NCBI GenBank assembly: GCA_951406725.2
Contig: OX597815.1
Span: forward strand, 180,668,001-180,732,000
Reading direction: 5' to 3'
DNA length: 64,000 bases
Origin: Octopus vulgaris
Lineage: Eukaryota
Made by a program: the position numbers and the translations under genes. The notes under the pieces are model-generated. The model did no database searches. It was not told the origin of the DNA and worked only from the letters and a program-made list of their open reading frames with translations. The number at the start of each line of letters is the position of its first letter. Positions within the stretch are counted from its first letter, which is position 1. Shown piece after piece: positions 62,941 through 64,000 of this stretch.

Positions 62941-63393
62941 ACGGTCACATACAGTTCTATATTTAAGAGATGAAGAATTATGCGCATTATTTATATTTGT
63001 CCTCATCTTGATTGTTGTTAACGCAACGTTTCGGCTGATATACCCTCCAGACTTTATCAGGTGGCTTGGGGAAATTTCGAACCTGGGTTCTCATTCCTAA
63101 GGTATTTTTACATGTTATTATTATCATCATCATCATCATTATTCAGGTCCCTACCTGGAATAGAACTCGGAATCTTGGGGTTAATCGCCCACGTTCTTAA
63201 CCACTACGCCATATGCCCGTTGGCAATTACGGAGTGAATTTTTAGGGCATATAAATCTAATATTTTTTCCTCTCCTTCCTTAATACCGGTATTAACACTT
63301 GATGAAGGCTGGAGGATATATATGCCGAAACGTTGTGTTAACAAACAAGATGAGGACAAATATCCATCAAATGTAAATAATTTACGGTCACAT
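62941..63393 (-). mobile_element. Second family D composite element with 10-bp TSD
   Basis: TSD ACGGTCACAT at 62941-62950 and 63384-63393. Head 63145-63218 (-) has A-box TGGCGTAGTGG. The tail carries a degenerate hammerhead (63020-63065, -) and ends AAATATAGAACTG at 62952. An inverted tail copy lies at 63292-63383. Confidence 0.85.
63292..63341 (+). ncRNA. Hammerhead motif in inverted arm (C3U variant)
   Basis: UUAACAC-UUGAUGA-A-GGC...GCC-GAA-ACGU-U-GUGUUAA, with a 7-bp stem I. Confidence 0.6.
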
Positions 63394-64000
63394 GTTTCCA
63401 TATCATCATTATAAGGTTTCACTTAGAATTCAAGAATTCTGGTGATAAAGGCTTCAGTGTGAATTGTGGTGAGAGAGACGAAAGAATAGATGTAAATGCA
63501 TCCGGTGTGAGTCATTATTTAAATCAAAAGTTCTCAAACAGGGCCCACATGACCACTGGGAGCCCATATAAGATTTTGGCGGGGGCCACACAGACAAAAC
63601 AGTAAATTGGATGGGGTGGGGTCCATGGTAGTATTTTAGGGGAAAAAATTTTTGCTTAAGATGTATTTATTGTAAGAAATTCGGTTTCTGTCTCAGATTA
63701 ACATGTTTCGGCCACTGGAACATACACTCATGCCTCGGTACCACGGACTAAAAGCTGGGAACATCGGTCGTCCGATGAAGCCGATTGTCCGTAATGTCTT
63801 ACCAACACTAAGGTTAGGTTACGTTAGGAGTGGTTAATATCAACAATTACGTTACGAAAGACAGAGGAATAAGGGTACTGTACTTTTAATCAAACACACT
63901 ATCCAATCTGACTGTACACTGTAATTTACTACGGTACTCCGTCGGTTACGACGAGAAGTGTTCTAGTCGATCCGATCAACGGAACGGCCTGCTCGTGAAA

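Noticed and set aside
63705-63830. GC-rich structured-looking patch (ATCGG/CCGAT stems, TTAGG repeats)
   Set aside because: It could not be fitted to hammerhead, HDV-like or twister topologies, and there is only one copy in the window.

Overview
This is animal genomic DNA, AT-rich and dense in microsatellites and SINEs. The repeat landscape suggests an octopus or other coleoid cephalopod (inference). The only host protein gene is an intact NRARP with an intron-free CDS (20889-21227, +), in a ~4 kb island where I found no transposons. Candidate CSL/Su(H) and E-/N-box enhancers lie on both sides of it. The rest is simple repeats, three abundant tRNA-derived SINE families, hAT- and Merlin-type MITEs, two short Helitrons, decayed CR1/L2-like, R4/Dong-like and Tigger-like relics, and two tRNA pseudogenes. 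The most unusual signal is three otherwise unrelated short repeat families that each carry a minimal type-I hammerhead ribozyme motif of the kind found in Penelope-like elements. One family combines a tRNA/Pol III head, a hammerhead tail and an inverted tail copy, all inside target-site duplications (48364-48786, 62941-63393): a candidate Penelope-mobilised SINE. Another carries a natural G3-C8 covariant core (1455-1505, -). All calls were made by eye; repeat boundaries are approximate and no database search was run.
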